Origin: Octopus vulgaris
Taxonomy: Eukaryota
Direction: 5' to 3'
Assembly (NCBI GenBank): GCA_951406725.2
Contig: OX597835.1
Coordinates: 43,958,001 to 44,022,000 of the forward strand
Length of the DNA: 64,000 nt
Below the pieces are notes generated by a model, which worked only from the letters and a program-made list of their open reading frames with translations, was not told where the DNA came from and ran no database searches. The position numbers and the translations under genes are program-made. Positions 41,415 through 56,208 of the stretch are shown piece by piece. Within the stretch, counting starts at the first letter, position 1. Every line of letters begins with the position of its first letter.

Positions 41415-42118
41415 TTAAACTTAAATGTTGAAGTGAATCGAACGGCTTTTGTGTGTCTCTTAAATGGCTTACAAACACCTTCCACGCTGCAATTGTTGTT
41501 AAAAATAATAATGTTAAAAACATACAAAAATTTATATTTCTGTTGAGGACTTAATCTAATATCTCTAAACGTGACTTGAATTCTCAAGGCGTGATATATA
41601 TTGCTAAATAATTTCAAATTTTATAATTATCTTTCTTGGGATTTACAACAAGATTTATCATTTACATTGAAAGATTTAAATTACTTAAACATTTTTTTTG
41701 GTGGTGGTGGTGGTGGTGGTGGTGGTGGGGGAAACAAGATTCAGTGTATTCTAACACACACATTCCTACGTGTGTTTGATGCAGAACGCTTCCGCCGGAA
41801 GAATGTTCCCTTGTTTATATTTGATAAGCTTCTCGCTTTAGATTTTTTTTACACGATTTTTAGTCTCTTATCTGTTGGATTACTATGAAAGTTCTTATTT
41901 TATTTCATTCAAATATATCACAAGAAATAGAAAGATCCAGCGATATTTGTATACATCATAAAATATATCTGAGGAGATGCAGTCGATTAGATCCCAATAA
42001 CTATGTATGTATTTCTGTGTGTCTGTCTCTCTGTCAGTCTAAATATATCTCTATCAGCTTCTCCCCCTCCCTCTCCCCTCTCTCTCTATATATTTGTATG
42101 TATTTTATGTATCTATGC

Positions 42119-42159
<41 letters not shown>

Positions 42160-42401
42160 TATACATTCATATATATGTACATATATATACATAAATGTGT
42201 GTTTCTATCTATCTATCTGTCTCTTAGAAAAAATATTTATTACAGAAAATAAGATTTTATCGATCTCAATATATGAGTGTGTGTGTATGTATGTATAAGA
42301 GACACACATATATACACCACAAACACATCGGAATTTATTTACATATTTATATGTAATTTAAATTAACCCTGACTATATACAAGTGTTATATATTCCTGTA
42401 A

Positions 42402-42542
<141 letters not shown>

Positions 42543-42945
42543 TATATATATATATATACATATATATACGTATTTATATCTGTGTGTGTATATGTATATA
42601 CGTATAGATATATTATGTATGTATGTACATGTGTATATGTACCTGTTTCATTGTTCGTGTCCGTATGTTTGTATGCAAACTCTTTTGACTATGCGAGCGT
42701 GTAATGTGTCGGTGCGTCAGGTGTAAGTGTGTGTGTGTGTGTGCGCGTGTGTGTTGCTATGTCTGAGAGCGATTGCCTGCATCAGAAATAATAGATCAAA
42801 AGAAATCAATGGAGGCTGATAATGATTTTATGGCTGGGTTTTATTGTACAATGCACTAAGATAAAGAAATATCTTATCAACAGTCACATCGTCTCTTCTA
42901 GTATATTTTCCTACGTGCCGCATTTTCTCAGGCATACACACACAC

Positions 42946-42999
<54 letters not shown>

Positions 43000-43148
43000 A
43001 CGGACACACAGACATATGCACACATACCCGCATACAGAAGCACACACACACACACACTCACTCATAGAAATGTATTTGGAAATGTGTTAATGTATTTTTG
43101 ACGTATGTTATTGTTATATTCTGACTGTATAGATTAGTATCTTGCATG

Positions 43149-43520
<372 letters not shown>

Positions 43521-43577
43521 TGTCTCTATATACACATATGTACACACACACTAACACATACATCTTGCTATATACAT

Positions 43578-43950
43578 AGGCGAAGACTTGGCTGTTTGGT
43601 TGAGAAGTTGCTTCCCAACAATGTCGTCTTAAATTCAGATCCACTCAGTTGGACCTTAAGCAAGCGACCTCTACTATAGCCCCGGGCCGATCAAAGACGT
43701 TCCAATGAATTAAGTAGACGGAAACTGAAAGAAGCCTGTCGGATATATATGCATATATCTGTGTCTGTGTTTCTTTGTATTCAAATTGGACCCTACCATC
43801 GATTGAAAACTGATATTGATGTGTTTATGGCCCGATAACTTAGCGCTTCAGGAATAAGTGACCGAGGGAATAAGTACAGGGTTTCTTCCACTAAAGACTT
43901 TATGGCGATGCTCCAGTATGACCACAGTGAAAAGACTGAAGCAAGTAAAT
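43578..43950 (+). mobile_element. Diverged family A SINE
   Basis: GTAGACGGAAACTGAAAGAAGCCTGTCG core and GACTGAAGCAAGTAAA tail. Confidence 0.75.
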
Positions 43951-43962
43951 GATTATATATAT

Positions 43963-44261
43963 GTTGTTGTTGTTTATTCCTTCTCGAGCCATGCCTGGCT
44001 TGTAAGGGGCGGTTTCCCCGGTTTCATTGGCGTATAGGTTCCCCAACTGGACGGGACGCCGGTCCGTCGCAGGTGAGCTGCAAGATGCAGGAGGAAAGAG
44101 CGAGAGAAAGTTGTGGCGAAAGAGTTAGCAGAAGTTTGTAATTACCTTCTGCCGAAGCCGCGTGGAGCTTAGGTGTTTCGCTCATAAACACACTAACACA
44201 CACATCGCCCAGTTATAGTTTCGAACCCGCGATCCCTTTAAACATTAGGCCATGTGCCTCC
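43963..44261 (-). mobile_element. tRNA-derived SINE, family C head/body with an alternative tail ending (CAA)n
   Basis: Shares GAGAGAAAGTTGTGG..GTGGAGCT..AGGTGTTT..CGCTCA..TAAACAC with 56203-56590 but has a different 3' half. Confidence 0.75.
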
Positions 44262-44332
44262 ACGATATATATATATATATATATACACACACACGCACAC
44301 ATACACACACACACACGCACACACACACACAC

Positions 44333-44380
<48 letters not shown>

Positions 44381-44424
44381 GTATGTATGTATATGCGACT
44401 GTGGTCTTCATACGTATATCAATT

Positions 44425-44675
44425 GTGAGCGTGCATGGCTTAGTGGTTCGTGTGTTGCACTTGCGATAGTAAGATCATGGTTTCAATTCCTATACTGGGC
44501 GGTGCGTTGTGTTCTTGGGCAAAACACTTCATCTGATGTTGCTCTGCTATCACTTGGATACCTAACGGGTGGCACCCAAAGCAAACCAATTCAGACGATG
44601 TCGATTTGATGGAAAGAATGAGCTTAAAGTGCGGAACAATCATTTGATTACAATAAACGAATCTGTTCTGCAGGA
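44425..44675 (+). mobile_element. Diverged tRNA-derived SINE
   Basis: GCATGGCTTAGTGGTT A box, GGTTTCAATTCC B box, TGTGTTCTTGGGCAAAACACTT. Confidence 0.6.
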
Positions 44676-44836
44676 ATTGGGTATATATTCAAGAATACAT
44701 GTTCTAAAGAGTGAGACGAGTAGAAGATAAAAGACACGTGCAAACATGTATACATTTATGTATGTATATACATAATCATGAATAACGTTAGCACGAACAG
44801 AGGGCAAATCCCAAAATAACTAACGTGAATTATATA

Positions 44837-45227
44837 CTCTTTTTCTCTTTTTACTTGTTTCAGTCATTTGACTGCGGCCATGCTGGAGCACCGCCTTTAA
44901 TCGAGCAAATCGACCCCGGTACTTATTCTTTGTAAGCCCAGTACTTATTCTATCGGTCTCTTTTGCCGAACCGCTAAGTGACGGGGACGTAAACACACCA
45001 GCATCGGTTGTCAAGCAATGCTAGGGGGACAAACACAGACACACAAACACACACATACATATATATATATATACGACAAGCTTCTTTCAGTTTCCGTCTA
45101 CCAAATCCACTCACAAGGCTTTGGTCGGCCCGGGGCTATAGCAGAAGACACGTGCCCAAGATGCCACGCAGTGGGACTGAACCCGGAACCATGTGGTTGG
45201 TTAGCAAGCTACTTACCACACAGTCAC
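44837..45227 (-). mobile_element. Family A tRNA-derived SINE
   Basis: Near-identical to 6063-6467. Confidence 0.9.
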
Positions 45228-45787
45228 AGGAAACAAAACAGGAATAATTTTATCACCTTGCGTAACACCACCAATAATTTAGACAGATCAGGAAATTGCC
45301 GACCAATTAGAGAAATGGCTCTCTTATCACACAGAGTTTATTAATGATATTTGCAAATTAATTTCGACAGACAACTTTTCTGAGAATTGCATATTACGTT
45401 TTACGATTTTGTGATTCGAAAACTTCAAGGAAGATAATAATGGAAGTAAATAAAATAGAGGTCAGCTCTGTCAGCTTATGTATTTTCTCTTCTTAGATAG
45501 CAAACTGATAATGTCATGCGTTCTACGTTCTGGCGCGAAAACTTAATTTGAGTCCGGAAAGAAGAGGCTGCCATCCACGTGTTTATATGCACACATATTA
45601 ATATACATATATATGTGCGCGTGTTCACATAGAGAAACATATAAGTATGTAATTATATATGTATGTGTATATATATATATGACATTTATTGTTATAGACA
45701 TATATATGTATATTAATATATATATATGTGTGTGTATATATAGATATGTAGATATATGTATACATATGAATATATGTATATATATAC

Positions 45788-45860
<73 letters not shown>

Positions 45861-45896
45861 GTATACATATATATACATATATATACTTATATATAT

Positions 45897-45972
<76 letters not shown>

Positions 45973-46167
45973 ATGTATATATATGTGTGTGTCTGCGTGT
46001 GTTTATGAGCAACTACGTTTATGCGTGTGTGATCGCATAAGCCTCTAAGCATGAATTTAATACTGGGTATTAAGAAAATATATTCTTAATCATATTATTA
46101 TAGCGTGCGTGCACACACATATTAGACACACACACACCTACACACAGACATATCTGTCTGTGTGTGT

Positions 46168-46208
<41 letters not shown>

Positions 46209-46912
46209 TATATGTGTGTGTAAACATACATGTGTGTGAAGAGCGAGAGAGAGAAAGAGGCAAAGAGGGAGAGCTAGAGAGAAAGAGAAGGAGATATAGA
46301 AAGAAGTACATTGATAGAGTGCTGCAACCGTAAAGAAACTAAGAGTCGTAGGTATGCAGGTAGTCGTAAAGGCATCCATATTTATATCTCTCAATCGATA
46401 TATCGACATTTTTTATACGACTGCAACATGTTTTTTTTTCCTTTAAACTCTTCTCTGTCTTGTGTTCAGGAATATCTGAACATTAACCTAATGTACTTTG
46501 TGCAATAGTTAACGAAGTGCATGCATGCAGAATAACTGCACGATATAAATGCATACGATTCCCCCCTTGAAACTCGCAAGTAAACCAGGATATCGGAGCT
46601 AAACCCAAGCTACGACCTGGTTTGCAAACATATGAACTGTTGTGAAGCGGATGCGACCATGTGGTTGCCATTTTTTATTTGGTTATAAGTCGCATACCAC
46701 ATGGGGCTGGGCATATGTGGTTTCGGCTTCGGTCTCACAGAGCGACGTTTTCGGGAAGTGTAGTAAAACTACAACCGCGGACCGACTAAAGCCTTGTGAA
46801 TGGATCTGGTAGACATAGACAGAAACTGAACGAAGCACGACGTGAATGTATATATATATATACACACACACACACACATATATATATATATTGCGCTTAT
46901 ATAATATAAGAC

Positions 46913-47111
<199 letters not shown>

Positions 47112-47339
47112 CTGTAACCCGAAATTTTAAGAATTGGACAGCCATGAAACGATCGTAGTGTTATACTAATTATCTTTTTTAAATAATTTTAATATATATT
47201 TAAAATAATATAAATTAATTAATCTTATGTATTGGCTTGAGTTTTTCATTGTATGATTTGCCTAATAGTGGTTTTATCTCTAATTTAATATAATATATAT
47301 ATAATAAACCATGTATAAAATACATGGTTTATTATATAA

Positions 47340-47508
47340 GCGCAGGAGTGGGTGTGTGGTAAGAAGCTTGCGGAGCCACATGGTTCCGGGTTCAGTCCCA
47401 CTGCTTGGTACGTTGGGCATATGTCTTCTATTATACCCTCAGGTTGACCAAAGTCTTGTGAGTAGATTTGGTAGACGGAAAATGAAAGCAGCCCGTCGTG
47501 CATATATA

Positions 47509-47570
<62 letters not shown>

Positions 47571-47768
47571 GGGTGTGTTTGTGTATGTCTCCAACCATCG
47601 CTTGACAACCGATGTTGGTGTGCTTACGTCCTCGTCATGTAGCGGTTCGACAAAAGTGACTGATAGAATAAGTAATAGGCTTATAGGGAATAAGTCATGG
47701 GGTCGATTTTTTTCGACTAAAGGTGGTGCTCCAGCATGGCCGCATTCAAATGACTGAAACAAGTAAAA
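47340..47768 (+). mobile_element. Family A tRNA-derived SINE with expanded internal (TA)n
   Basis: Head GCGCAGGAGTGGGTGTGTGGTAAG; tail GACTGAAACAAGTAAAA. Confidence 0.85.
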
Positions 47769-47776
47769 TAATATAC

Positions 47777-47870
<94 letters not shown>

Positions 47871-47888
47871 TGAAGGGCAGATGTCAAA

Positions 47889-47979
47889 TCATTACGGCCG
47901 TTTTTAACGAATATTTTTAATTGATAAGAATGAATACATTGTATCATTATAAAAAAAAAACCCTGTTTTCTTCAGATGA
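47889..47979 (-). ncRNA. Decayed type I hammerhead (G12A)
   Basis: TCAT-CTGAAGA-...-AAAA-CGGCCG-TA-ATGA; stem I and the palindromic stem III are intact, stem II is weak. Confidence 0.5.
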
Positions 47980-48779
47980 ATCCACGAACTTTACAACCAA
48001 TGACATTTGAAACAATCTAGAATAATTTTAAATCCACGGCACCTTACATAGTCAATGATTCTGCCACTATATCAGTCGCAGAATGCGCCTAACAAAACAA
48101 TGTTTATTCAATCAGTTTAGTGGCAAAGGATTTCAGAAAATGTAGAGGTTAGTTGGCTTGTTATCGAGGGGGAAGGGATAAGTGACCTCCAGTGACCTAA
48201 TTGTCCCCACCACCAGTAACAGAGGAAGAAGAGGCTTCATTTGTGTAAGATTTGACGAGAAGTTTATTGTCCGCTGACAAGGGGTGAGAATCAATGATTT
48301 GTGATTATATGAACCTACTTGTGAGGTACGCAAGTGGGGTCGATCTAATCGGCCCTAGTTGCGTACTGAGGACGATCTAATCGACTGGTCCCCTCCCCCA
48401 AAATACCAAACTTTATCACTACTACTACCAGACAGGTGCATCAACTTTAATTACCTTATTCTACTGAATCTTGTTTGTGTACACCCTGCCCCTACATCTC
48501 TGTGTGTCTTTGAGTCTGCATTTGGGACCCATCACTGTTTTGACAACCGGTGTTGTTTGGTTAAGGACCCCCACCCTAACTTAGCGGTTTGGCAAAATGA
48601 CCACGTACACTAAGTACTAGGCTTTCATAATATAAGCAGTGTGGGCAATTTGTTCCATTAAACCCGTCACGGCAGTGGCTCCCGTACGGCGGCAGTTCAG
48701 TGATGCAGAGCCGTAAAAGACAAAAGACTAAAGATTGACTAACCACGAGTCCGTTATTTCAGATCTGCCATAAATACAA

Positions 48780-49180
48780 GGCGGCGAACTGGCAGAAACG
48801 TCAGCACGCCGGGCGAAATGCTTAGTGGTGTTTCGTCTGCTGCTACGTTCTGAGTTCAAATTCCGCTGAGGTCGACTTTGCCTTTCATCCTTTCGGGGTC
48901 GATTAAATAAGTACCAGTTACGCACTGGGGTCCATATAATCGACTTAATCCGTTTGTCTGTCCTTGTTTGTCCTCTCTGTGTTTAGCCCCTTGTGCGTAG
49001 TAAAGAAATAGGTATTTCGTCTGTCTTCGTGTTCTGAGTTCGAATTCAGCCGATGTCGACCTTGCCTTCCATCCTTTCACGGTCAATAAATTAAGTACCA
49101 TTTGCATACTGGGGTCGGTTTAATCGACTGGTTACCTCCCCACCAAAAAATTTCGGGCCTCGTTCCCACAGTAGAATAGA
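48780..49180 (+). mobile_element. Family B SINE, full copy plus a tandem partial copy
   Basis: GGCGGCGAACTGGCAGAAACG...GTTCTGAGTTCAAATTCC...GCCTTTCATCCTTTCGGGGTCG; the body restarts at ~49011. Confidence 0.9.
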
Positions 49181-49528
49181 ATATTTGCCATAAATATTTG
49201 TTTTTGTTTGTTTTATTTCAAAGATGGTTGGAAGAGTTGGAAGTTCCTTGCGTCCAGTCGGATGGCGTTCTCGTACCAACGTCCTGCTTTGAGACGCGGT
49301 GGCGGCTAGAGTAATGGTTTCTCATAAATGTAAGTTTAAAGATAATGATGACGGCGACGACGACGACGACGATGGCGATGATGATGATGATGATGATGAT
49401 GCGGTGTATAATGATGAAGAGGATGGTGGCGGTGACGATCCCGACGTTGGCGGCGTGGTCGAACACAACGATGATGATGACGATGAGGATGATTGTGACG
49501 GTGATGATGATGATGATGGGGATAATTG

Positions 49529-49560
<32 letters not shown>

Positions 49561-49847
49561 ACTTTAGAAGTATTGAAAGCAGTCATTCGTAATTTCGCAA
49601 AGATAACTGAATGTGATTGAAGAGAATGTTTACCATTATTTTTTAACAGGTTAACGCACGCCATAGAAACATTCACTTTGAGTTGTCGAAAACTGAGATG
49701 TCTTTATGTTATCCTTCAGGTCAGCCGTTTTCTTCAAAGTCAGAAAATATTTCATCCCCTAAGAACTGCTGACGCTGTACAAAGCGCAGCTGAACACCAT
49801 AATTGAGTACTACTCCCACAAAAAGGGTGGTAATGCGGCTGCGCTCA

Positions 49848-50383
49848 TACGAGGGTAGGCAGACTATGAAGGAGGGATGCTAGAGCTGTGAAGTCTTGCA
49901 TGCACTAGCTTCATTTCTTCTTATTAATAACTGCGTTGTTTCTTTCCTGGTAAACTGACATCTGACGGTTCAAAGATGACAAATGTAACTAATAGCAACT
50001 TCCTTTGAAAATGAACAAAATTTTGTATTGTGGTGTTATCAAGTACCCCCAAGGGCTTTGATGCTGACATGGTTGCTACGTTAGGGTATGACGTTACAAG
50101 TGGACAGCTGAATTTAGGAGGGGAAGGGCGAGTCTTGAAGATGACCCATGCTCTGGATGTCCTGAAACTGCTACCCCCGGGAAAAACATTGACCATGTTC
50201 ACCATATGCTGATGAAAGATGGCTGATTTACCATAGATCAAATACAGAATGCTGTCAGCATATCCGGCGAAAGAGTTGAGAATATTCTGCACAATGAAGT
50301 TGACATGAATGTTTCTGCTCGGTGGACCCCACCTCTCCTGACACTTGGTCAAAAGCGTACAAGGCGGACCAGATATGGTCACA
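49848..50383 (+). pseudogene. Mariner transposon 5' fragment (N-terminal transposase, decayed)
   Basis: KWTAEFRRGRASLEDDPCSGCPETA...SGERVENILHNE...VSARWTPPLLT (WVPRLL motif). Begins TACGAGGG like the MITE TIRs. Confidence 0.8.
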
Positions 50384-50565
50384 TATATCCATGATCACAT
50401 ACAAAGAAATATTATTTAATAATCTGGATTTCAGATACAGATACACCCCATCCCTGTTCTGCTGACACGCTTTCTCCTCCTTGTCTCTTCTATCGCTGTC
50501 TGTCCTTGTACCGCCATCACCCAGTCACCTCATCACATTCGTCTTTTCCCGTCTCCTCACTCATA

Positions 50566-50780
50566 TATTTCTTTACTTCCCACAAGGGGCTAAACACAGA
50601 GGGGACAAACAAGGACAGACAAGCGGATTAAGTCGATTACATCGATCCCAATGCGTAACTGGTACTTAATTTATCGACCTCGAAAGGATGAAAGGCAAAG
50701 TCGACCTCGGCGGAATTTGAACTCAGAACGTAACGGCAGACGAAATACGGCTACGCATTTCGCCCGGCGTGCTAACGTTT
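50566..50780 (-). mobile_element. Family B SINE
   Basis: Near-identical to 21817-22042. Confidence 0.9.
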
Positions 50781-51018
50781 CACCCAAGTCCCTTGTCCTT
50801 GTACTAACTCTTGTATTTGGCCCTTTCCTCTCGGCACATCGAAATCTATACTCAATGACATATGCACTATATGTCCCATATGCACAGCTATTGGAGAAAT
50901 GGCTGTGAGTGACGTCATGCATAACGTCTGAATCCCTTATTTACGCTAACAACCCTGCATTCATGTTTGAATTATAAATTAAACACACACACACACAAAC
51001 ATATATATATGAAATATA

Positions 51019-51412
51019 GGCGCAGGAGTGGCTGTGTGGTAAGTAGCTTGTTTACCAACTACATGGTTCCGGGTTCAGTCCCACTGCGTGGCATCTTGGG
51101 CAAGTGTCTTCTACTATAGCCTCGGGCCGACCAAAGCCTTGTGAGTGGATTTGGTAGACGGAAACTGAAAGAAGCCCGTCGTATATTTGTATATATATGT
51201 GTGTGCCTATATGTTTGCGTGTCTGTGTTTGTTCTCCTAGCATTACTTGACAACCGATGCTGGTGTGTTTATGTCCCCGTCACTTAGCGGTTCGGCAAAA
51301 GAGACCGATAGAATAAGTACTGGGCTTACAAAGAATAAGTTCCGGGGTCGAGTTGCTCGACTAAAGGCGGTGCTCCAGCATGGCAGCTGTCAAAAATGAC
51401 TGAAGCAAGTAC
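51019..51412 (+). mobile_element. Family A tRNA-derived SINE (full length)
   Basis: Complete head, body and tail. Confidence 0.92.
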
Positions 51413-51421
51413 AAAAAGAAA

Positions 51422-51600
51422 AATTGTTGTATACAGTGCTCAGGTGCACTACAACTAAAACAAAAGGCCATCAGGTGTACTGTTGGCGGATTTCAGGAAG
51501 CATGGAAGTTTGAGGGATGTAGTGTTTCGACAGCTAACGACCGATGGGTGCAGTTTAATCCATGCTTCAACAATTCTGAGCAGTATATTTCTCTGTAGGT
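51422..51600 (-). mobile_element. CR1-like LINE 3' end
   Basis: LRIVEAWIKLHPSVVSCRNTTSLK resembles the CR1 terminal RVVxxWNxLPxxVV..SFK motif. Confidence 0.65.
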
Positions 51601-51614
51601 ACCACAAGGGCTTA

Positions 51615-51850
51615 CAGTAATATCTCGACGTTCACGGGTATTATATTCCAAAACCTCCCACGGAAATAATAAAAATCTAAAAAAAATAGAAATAACTATC
51701 GGTCGCAGAAACCCGCGATATATTGAGAAGTCCGCGATATAAATTTACGTATATTAGCAGGAAAAATCCGCGATGTACTGAGTACGTGATAGGTGAGCCG
51801 CGATGTACTGAGTGCGGATAGGTGAACTGCGATATGGCGAGGGATTACTG
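51615..51850. mobile_element. Tigger/pogo-like MITE with TA TSD
   Basis: TA|CAGTAATATCTCG ... CGAGGGATTACTG|TA; internal CCGCGAT repeats. Confidence 0.8.
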
Positions 51851-52584
51851 TATATGCCGTACCCATTCTAAGCAATCATAAGTGAGAATTAACGATGGAG
51901 TCTCTACGCAGTTGCTAAATCTGTTGAAAATGGCGATCAAATCGCGTTCACATCGCAAATGATTGTATTAAATAAAAAAAAGACATGTAATAATAAACAA
52001 TAAAACGAACAGAAAATACGACAAGGTTGCGACTGTATCATAGGACCTCCGATCGAGAACGTTGACCGAGGAATAAACTTCAGGAAGAGCGAATCATTAT
52101 GGAAGACTCTATGGCGACATTTGCTCTGCTAGAATTATCAGCCAAATATCCAACATTGTGTATGCACCGTCTTAACAAAATGGCGAATATATTAACAATT
52201 GTAAAACTTAAAGCGACATAAAAAGCGATAGAAAAAGAAAAGTTAACGAATAAACTAACAAAAGGAAGCTATATACCGTCCCTTGATCTGCTGCAAATCG
52301 CAGCCAAATCCAATCGAAATCTTTCCCACTTTACGTTTTGAATAAAGAAGGGAGAAAATAATAGCTCATTTAATACAGGATGAGAGAAGAGTATTTCTGA
52401 AACTATGACATGATCAATGACTGAAGAACATCGAGCATGTATCTGATTGATTGATTGATTGATTGGTTAGAAAAAAAACTGGTGGAGGAAAAAGAGGGGA
52501 AGGGGAGGAGATAGGTGAGGAGCACGACAACAATAGCATCAATTTGGTAACTATAGAATACATTTATCTATGTATGTATGTATG

Positions 52585-52651
<67 letters not shown>

Positions 52652-52745
52652 TTGTGTATACATCGATGTACACGCAAATGTTGATGTACATACGCACATA
52701 CCTATACACACTCACGTACAGAGACACACTTGCACATAGATACGC

Positions 52746-52821
52746 ATATCCATATGTATATAAATGCAATGTGAATGTGGGTGAATATACATACATACAT
52801 ACATACATACTTACTTACATA

Positions 52822-52864
<43 letters not shown>

Positions 52865-52916
52865 TGTATGTATGTATGTATATTCACCCACATTCACATT
52901 GCGTTTATATACATAT

Positions 52917-52922
<6 letters not shown>
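52746..52922. repeat. ~60 bp near-perfect inverted repeat around a (TA)n spacer
   Basis: ATATCCATATGTATATAAATGCAATGTGAATGTGGGTGAATATACATAC... and its reverse complement, one mismatch. Confidence 0.9.
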
Positions 52923-53007
<85 letters not shown>

Positions 53008-53264
53008 CATATATATCATATGTATATTGAAATGAAGAAAAAAGGCACACAATACTTGGTAATGGTTCAGAAAAAATGCCAAAATAACAGGGAAGAACAG
53101 CAATCGAATATTCATAACTATCTCTCTGTCTCTCTGTCTCTCTCTCTCTCGCATGCTCTCTCTGTCTCTGTCTCCATCACTCTCTCTCTCTGTCTATGCA
53201 TACATACACACATACATACATATATTCATACATATACACATACTTAATCAGATGTACATCTATG

Positions 53265-53303
<39 letters not shown>

Positions 53304-53510
53304 GTATAAGCATGTATGTATATTTATGTATATATATATATATGCATACACTCATGCATACATATACACATACGTACAAATACCAACAAACACACATACA
53401 TACATATAGATACACTCTCACACATGAAACACACCACAGGTTCTCTCTCTTTCCCCTCTCTCTCTGTATATATGTCTATATATATATATACATATGTATA
53501 TGTGTGTGTA

Positions 53511-53541
<31 letters not shown>

Positions 53542-53578
53542 GTATATTTGTATATATAAATATATATGTATATATATG

Positions 53579-53649
<71 letters not shown>

Positions 53650-53662
53650 AATATATTTATAA

Positions 53663-53714
<52 letters not shown>

Positions 53715-54029
53715 GTATGTTTATATATATATATATATTCGTTTTTCGTTTCTGAAATCGATAAATTCCATAGTTTTGACACCAAAACGTCACATTTATG
53801 ATTATTTATGAAAAAATACGAAAAAAGTAGATAAATAACTAAAAACAAGATGTAGGACATAAAGTGTTTGACACGTGTTTTTTCAAGCAATATATCTTAC
53901 ATGGTAAGAAATTAAAAATATAGAAACAAAAAACAAAAAAATCAAAATATCTTTAGAGATAAACATCAAAGGGATTTTTCCTCATCCTTTGATTCCCTTT
54001 CCTCCTTTCTCTTTGAAATTCCCATAATA

Positions 54030-54760
54030 TCATCCCCGGTGTTTACCCTTCATTTTTCTTTTTTTTATTTTCATAGTTACTCGCCCTTGATTTCTGCTCC
54101 CTTTCTCGTTCTTCTACCACTGTGTGTCTCTCTATGTCCTGTTACACCCGATAAACATCCCTCTCTTTTCTTCCATCTGCTTTTCTTGCCTCTCTCTCTC
54201 TCTTTCTTTCTGTCTCTCTCTGTCTCTTCCAAATTCTACAACTGCTCTTTTTCTTTCTCTCTTTCCTCACTCCCCAACCTTTATTTTACTCAATAATCCT
54301 TTCTTTCTTTTTGTTTCTTCTTCTTCCTCTGTAAATCCCTCTGCATTTCTCTCTCAGTTCCCATGCTTTTCCCTTTCGTCCCTCTCTCCCGAATCTCTCA
54401 TCTCTCCTCTCCTTTTCTCCTCTTTATCCTTTCCAATTTTTGTACCCCCCTCTTTCTCCTTTCTTCCAATTCCCCCACCCCATTATATTCCCCTTCTTTT
54501 TTTCTCATTCTTCCTCTCTTTTTCTCTGATCAACCCACCCCTCTCTGCACCCCCCTTTTATTCTCTCGCACCAAAATACCGCACTTTCTCCTTCCCCTCG
54601 ATCCTTCTACCATTCCTTGTCTTTCTCCCTTTTTTCTGATTTATCCCTTCCACACTCTTTCCCCTTTCCCCATCACCCTTCTGTCTGTCCCTTCTTCCTT
54701 CTCTATTTTCTTATTATTTACCCATCGTTCTCTTTCTCTCCCCCATCCTCTTTCTCTCCC

Positions 54761-54791
<31 letters not shown>

Positions 54792-55050
54792 CCCTTCATA
54801 ATATTCCTCCCACTCCCTTTTCCTATCGACCCTTCTTTTTCCCTTACTGTCTTTTCTCATTTATCCGCTCTCCCTCTCTCTCTTTTTCCTCCTCCTCAAA
54901 CCTCCCCAACAATATTTCCTCTTCTCTCTTCCTCAGTTCTCCCACCCCTTCTTCTTGTGTTTGATCTTTCCACTCTCCTCTGCCTCACCCTCTTTTAGTC
55001 TACCCCTCACTCGTTATTCCATCCTCCCTCTTTCCCCCCGTCTTGTTCTT
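54030..55050. repeat. ~1 kb pyrimidine-rich low-complexity tract
   Basis: Direct reading. Confidence 0.85.
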
Positions 55051-56154
55051 TTACAGCCAAATAAGAAAAACAAAACAAAACACACCAAACGAACGAACCT
55101 ATTCAAAGGTCTACGTATTAAGATCTACTTGCGTCAGCGCTACGTATAGAAAACATTTTACCTCAAAGAATATTTCTGTTCAGCTTTCATATAATGAACG
55201 CATAAAGAAAAAAAGCTTATGAAAAATGGGGTGGCGAGGTGCATTATGGGTGTTGGAATGATGGAGGAGGAATGACGAAAAAACAAATCAAAATTTTAAA
55301 AACGACAACAAATCTTACACAATGGAAACGTACGTAAGGAAAAGAAAAAAATGTCTTATAAATATCTATAATAACTCGTAATTTTCCTTTAGCTGGTTTT
55401 TAAATGCTAAAATACTTGAACTAAGTGAAAAGAAAGGGATTTTCGCCAAAGTAAAACAACTCCCGACCAAAAAAAAAAAAAAATGTATTAGAATAAATAG
55501 AATAATATAAATAACCCCTACTAAACCAAAAAGAGGAAACAAGAAGAAGAAGAAGAAGAAGAAGATAAATCAAAAGGAATAAAAATAAGTGAAAATCACA
55601 TGAAATGTAATGCGAATTAATGTGAATGCTAATCACACATGTTCGATAAATTAATACAGCACATTAACTTAATATAATGTACAAGAAATGGAAAGATAAA
55701 AAAAAAAGTAAGTGAAGATAAATAAAAAGAATTATATGCGTTCCGTTAGCATAATCATTTTTATCAAGAAATTGAATCGGTTTCTTTCTGTCTTTCTTTT
55801 CTTATTTGACTTGATTCAGTCATTGGACTACGGCCATGTTGGGGGGGGGGGGAGGGGGAGGTATCGCATTGAAGGGATCAGTTGAACAAATCGATCATCG
55901 AAATCTATCAAATTCCTTTCTTGAAGCTGCAGAGTAACCTGATACTGGTTGTCAAGCGGTGGTGTGAGGAAAACACACACACACAACCCCACCCCCCCAA
56001 AAAACACACACGCATATGAAACAGCCGTCAAGACCAAAACTTTACTTAATTTCTCCGTTCTGCTTTCTTTATCTGATTTCTTTTCTTTTCTTTATTTTGT
56101 GTGCCATGTACATGGCAGTCACAAGCCTAACGCTTGTGTGTATGCATGTATATA

Positions 56155-56202
<48 letters not shown>

Positions 56203-56208
<6 letters not shown>

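Noticed and set aside
41345-41497. MITE defined by a 17 bp inverted repeat
   Set aside because: No TSD, and the partial duplicate upstream lacks the outer part of the repeat; it is better treated as part of the hammerhead-like element.
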